Positions 6,408 to 8,283 of a DNA stretch of 8,283 nucleotides are shown here, in pieces. A program made the position numbers and the translations under genes. The notes below the pieces were generated by a model, which did not search any database, was not told where the DNA came from, and was given only the letters and a program-made list of their open reading frames with translations. The DNA lies in the NCBI GenBank assembly GCA_022560555.1, contig JADFSZ010000076.1:1-8283 (forward strand), in the 5' to 3' direction. Positions within the stretch are counted from its first letter, which is position 1, and each line of letters opens with the position of its first letter. This DNA is from PVC group bacterium (GTDB taxonomy: Bacteria > GCA-001730085 > JADFSZ01).

Positions 6408-6824
6408 ATGAGTCGATTACAAATGCAAGACCCCAAATGGTTTCTTATTGACGCGACCAACAAAAGAGTCGGCCGCTTGGCGTCAAAAATTGCCCATATT
6501 CTACAAGGCAAACACAAGTCCTCGTTTGCCCCAAATAAGCTCGATGAAGATCACCTCATCGTCATTAACGCGGAGAAAGTGGTCTTTACCGGAAAAAAGT
6601 GGGATCAAAAGGAATATATTCGTCATTCCGGCTACCTGGGTGGTCTCAAGAAGCGCTCAGCTTTGCAGGTCCTCAAGGATACACCGGAGCGCATACTCAC
6701 ACATGCGATTAAAGGGATGATTCCGAAAAACAAAATGGGACGACGGATCATGAAAAAAATCCGTATTTATAGCGGATCTGTTCACCCGCACCTAACACAA
6801 AAACCATCACAGATTCAACTATAA
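6408..6824 (+). CDS. rplM: 50S ribosomal protein L13
   Basis: [40 protein letters not shown] and [14 protein letters not shown] match uL13 throughout. The conserved rplM-rpsI pairing is present. Confidence 0.95.
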   Translation: MSRLQMQDPKWFLIDATNKRVGRLASKIAHILQGKHKSSFAPNKLDEDHLIVINAEKVVFTGKKWDQKEYIRHSGYLGGLKKRSALQVLKDTPERILTHAIKGMIPKNKMGRRIMKKIRIYSGSVHPHLTQKPSQIQL

Positions 6825-6840
6825 ATATAGGGGTCAGCCA

Positions 6841-7233
6841 ATGCCAACAGTCGTTTTTATAGGTACCGGCCGAAGAAAATCCGCTACAGCCAGGGTCCGT
6901 ATGTTCCCGGGCCGCGGCGAATTCAAAGTTAACAACTCCCCTTATGAGAAATATTTCCCGAACAAACTTCATCAAATGACTGTTATGTATCCTCTCAATG
7001 TCACTGAGACACTGGGAAAATATGATATTCTTGTTAAAGTCCAAGGAGGGGGGAATTCCGGCCAAGCCGGCGCTATTCGGCATGGCATCGCCCGCGCCCT
7101 TCTTAAAGCCGATGATACCCTGCGAGCCAGCCTCAAAAAAGAAAAGCTCTTAACACGAGATTCCCGCGTAAAAGAACGCAAAAAATACGGCCATAAGAAG
7201 GCCCGTAAAAGCTTCCAATTCTCCAAGAGATAA
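6841..7233 (+). CDS. rpsI: 30S ribosomal protein S9
   Basis: [35 protein letters not shown] and the C-terminal [18 protein letters not shown] are diagnostic of uS9. AGGGG (6829-6833) lies 7 nt upstream of the ATG. Confidence 0.95.
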   Translation: MPTVVFIGTGRRKSATARVRMFPGRGEFKVNNSPYEKYFPNKLHQMTVMYPLNVTETLGKYDILVKVQGGGNSGQAGAIRHGIARALLKADDTLRASLKKEKLLTRDSRVKERKKYGHKKARKSFQFSKR

Positions 7234-7243
7234 AACCGTAATT

Positions 7244-7264
7244 GGTAAATTGTAAATAGTAAAT
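7244..7264 (-). repeat. Tandem heptamer array, three units (minus strand ATTTACT ATTTACA ATTTACC)
   Basis: The plus strand reads GGTAAAT TGTAAAT AGTAAAT. The reverse complement of 7252-7266 (CCATTTACTATTTAC) is identical over 15 bp to the reconstructed empty IS target at 193-203 plus 940-943. Confidence 0.85.
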
Positions 7265-7339
7265 GGCATTAAAAATCTTTTTGATTTTTTCTAAAACCAT
7301 CCTATTGTATAATTTCGTTGTGCCGATTACCCAATACCC

Positions 7340-7353
7340 ATTTACGATTTACT
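7340..7353 (+). repeat. Tandem heptamer array, two units (ATTTACG ATTTACT)
   Basis: Read directly. ATTTACGATTTAC is identical to 181-193. Positions 7338-7353 form a 14/16 inverted repeat with 7251-7266. Confidence 0.85.
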
Positions 7354-7362
7354 GCCTTTGAC

Positions 7363-8178
7363 ATGAAACAATATCTCGATCAAATACAACATATTCTTGA
7401 TCATGGGGAGTCACGTCCGGATAGAACAGGGACGGGAACTTTGTCGATATTCGGCTTGCAAACCAAATATGACCTGCGTCTTGGATTTCCTCTTCTCACC
7501 ACTAAAAAAGTTCTCTTTGATAGTGTAGCACGAGAACTTCTGTGGTTTTTGCGCGGTTCCACAAATATCCGGGACTCTCTCACTCAACACACCCCGATTT
7601 GGAACGCCTGGGCCGACAAAGAAGGCGAATTAGGTCCGATCTACGGTTATCAATGGCGTTTTTGGGAAAAGTTTACCTGGGATGAATCGCAACAACTCTA
7701 CAAAAAAACACATATCGATCAGATAAAAGATGCCATTCATCTCATCAAGCATGAACCATCATCCCGCAGGATTATTGTTAGTGCCTGGAACGTCGCGGAT
7801 CTGGATCGGATGGCTCTGCCGCCCTGTCACGCTTTTCTCCAATTTTATGCCAACAACAAACGTCTGGACTGCCAACTGTACCAACGAAGCGCGGATATGG
7901 CCCTTGGGGTCCCGTTCAATATTGCCAGTTACGCGCTTTTCTTGACTATGGTTGCCAACGAGTGCGATCTCACACCCGGGATATTTACCCATACTCTCGG
8001 CGACGCACATATATATCTCAATCATATTGAAGGGCTCAAAGCGCAAATAACACGAACGCCCATGGAGCTTCCTCGTATTGAAATTGCCAAAAAACCGTTT
8101 TTTGATATCCAGTTTGATGATATTAAGCTCATCAACTATCGACACCACGAATTCATCAAATTTCCTATAGCCGTATAA
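7363..8178 (+). CDS. thyA: Thymidylate synthase (ThyA type), 271 aa
   Basis: [37 protein letters not shown], the active-site stretch [37 protein letters not shown] and GDAHIY align with E. coli ThyA from its first residue. The start is set at the ATG at 7363, not the TTG at 7318. Confidence 0.95.
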   Translation: MKQYLDQIQHILDHGESRPDRTGTGTLSIFGLQTKYDLRLGFPLLTTKKVLFDSVARELLWFLRGSTNIRDSLTQHTPIWNAWADKEGELGPIYGYQWRFWEKFTWDESQQLYKKTHIDQIKDAIHLIKHEPSSRRIIVSAWNVADLDRMALPPCHAFLQFYANNKRLDCQLYQRSADMALGVPFNIASYALFLTMVANECDLTPGIFTHTLGDAHIYLNHIEGLKAQITRTPMELPRIEIAKKPFFDIQFDDIKLINYRHHEFIKFPIAV

Positions 8179-8181
8179 ATA

Positions 8182-8208
8182 ATCATGTGACATGATCATG
8201 TATCATGA
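8182..8208. repeat. ATCATG repeat/palindrome cluster immediately after the thyA stop
   Basis: The sequence is ATCATGT GACATG ATCATGT ATCATGA. Positions 8182-8196 (ATCATGTGACATGAT) form a perfect 7-1-7 palindrome. Three direct ATCATG copies lie at 8182, 8195 and 8202. Confidence 0.8.
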
Positions 8209-8283
8209 ACTTAAATACAAAAAACAAGCAAACAAAAACAGACATGCCTAATTTACTCGCACCCAACCCGCTTTTTAAGGATT

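Noticed and set aside
6448-7226. ORFs 6448-6720 (+), 6748-7083 (-) and 6972-7226 (-)
   Set aside because: They overlap the unambiguous rplM and rpsI genes in other frames or on the other strand.
7271-7289. AAAAATC-TTTTT-GATTTTT hairpin as the rpsI terminator
   Set aside because: The stem is almost entirely A/T with a single G-C pair and is thermodynamically marginal. It is noted but not annotated.
7318-7362. TTG-initiated 15-codon extension of thyA
   Set aside because: ThyA homology starts exactly at MKQYL (7363). The extension is translated from the heptamer repeat and promoter region.
7401-8199. ORFs 7401-7583 (-), 7730-7945 (+) and 7759-8199 (-)
   Set aside because: They are shadow frames of thyA.
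8244-8283. Possible start of a downstream plus-strand gene (MPNLLAPNPLFKD...)
   Set aside because: Only 13 codons are visible, there is no clear Shine-Dalgarno, and the sequence does not resemble DHFR or anything else recognisable. That is insufficient to call a CDS.

Overview
This looks like an ordinary housekeeping chromosomal segment from a moderately AT-rich bacterium, interrupted by one small, intact insertion sequence. I do not see a defence island, CRISPR array, prophage or coherent new multi-gene system, and I will not invent one.

The minus-strand genes, listed right to left, are:
- tRNA-Val(CAC), with a perfect consensus sigma70 promoter
- a DUF4416-family protein
- a 262-aa orphan protein
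- guaB, a eukaryote-type IMP dehydrogenase
- a 729-bp IS1595-family (IS1016-group-like) element
- the N-terminus of a signal-peptide protein that runs off the window

The plus-strand genes are a 504-aa TPR protein, rplM-rpsI, and thyA.

The lineage might be PVC/Chlamydiae-like, judging from the eukaryote-like IMPDH, DUF4416 and the flavour of the ribosomal proteins. That is only a guess.

Three parts of the window are not explained by these genes:
1. A family of tandem ATTTACN heptamer arrays. One array is the IS insertion site. An inverted pair of arrays brackets the thyA promoter.
2. A gene-less gap of about 610 bp (4191-4803). It contains GC-rich stems, a C8 tract and a pair of exactly antisense small open frames, one of which resembles a single-cluster ferredoxin.
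3. A triple ATCATG palindrome/repeat directly after thyA.

The longest-ORF coordinates over-extend the N-termini of guaB, DUF4416 and thyA. Corrected starts are given in the features.
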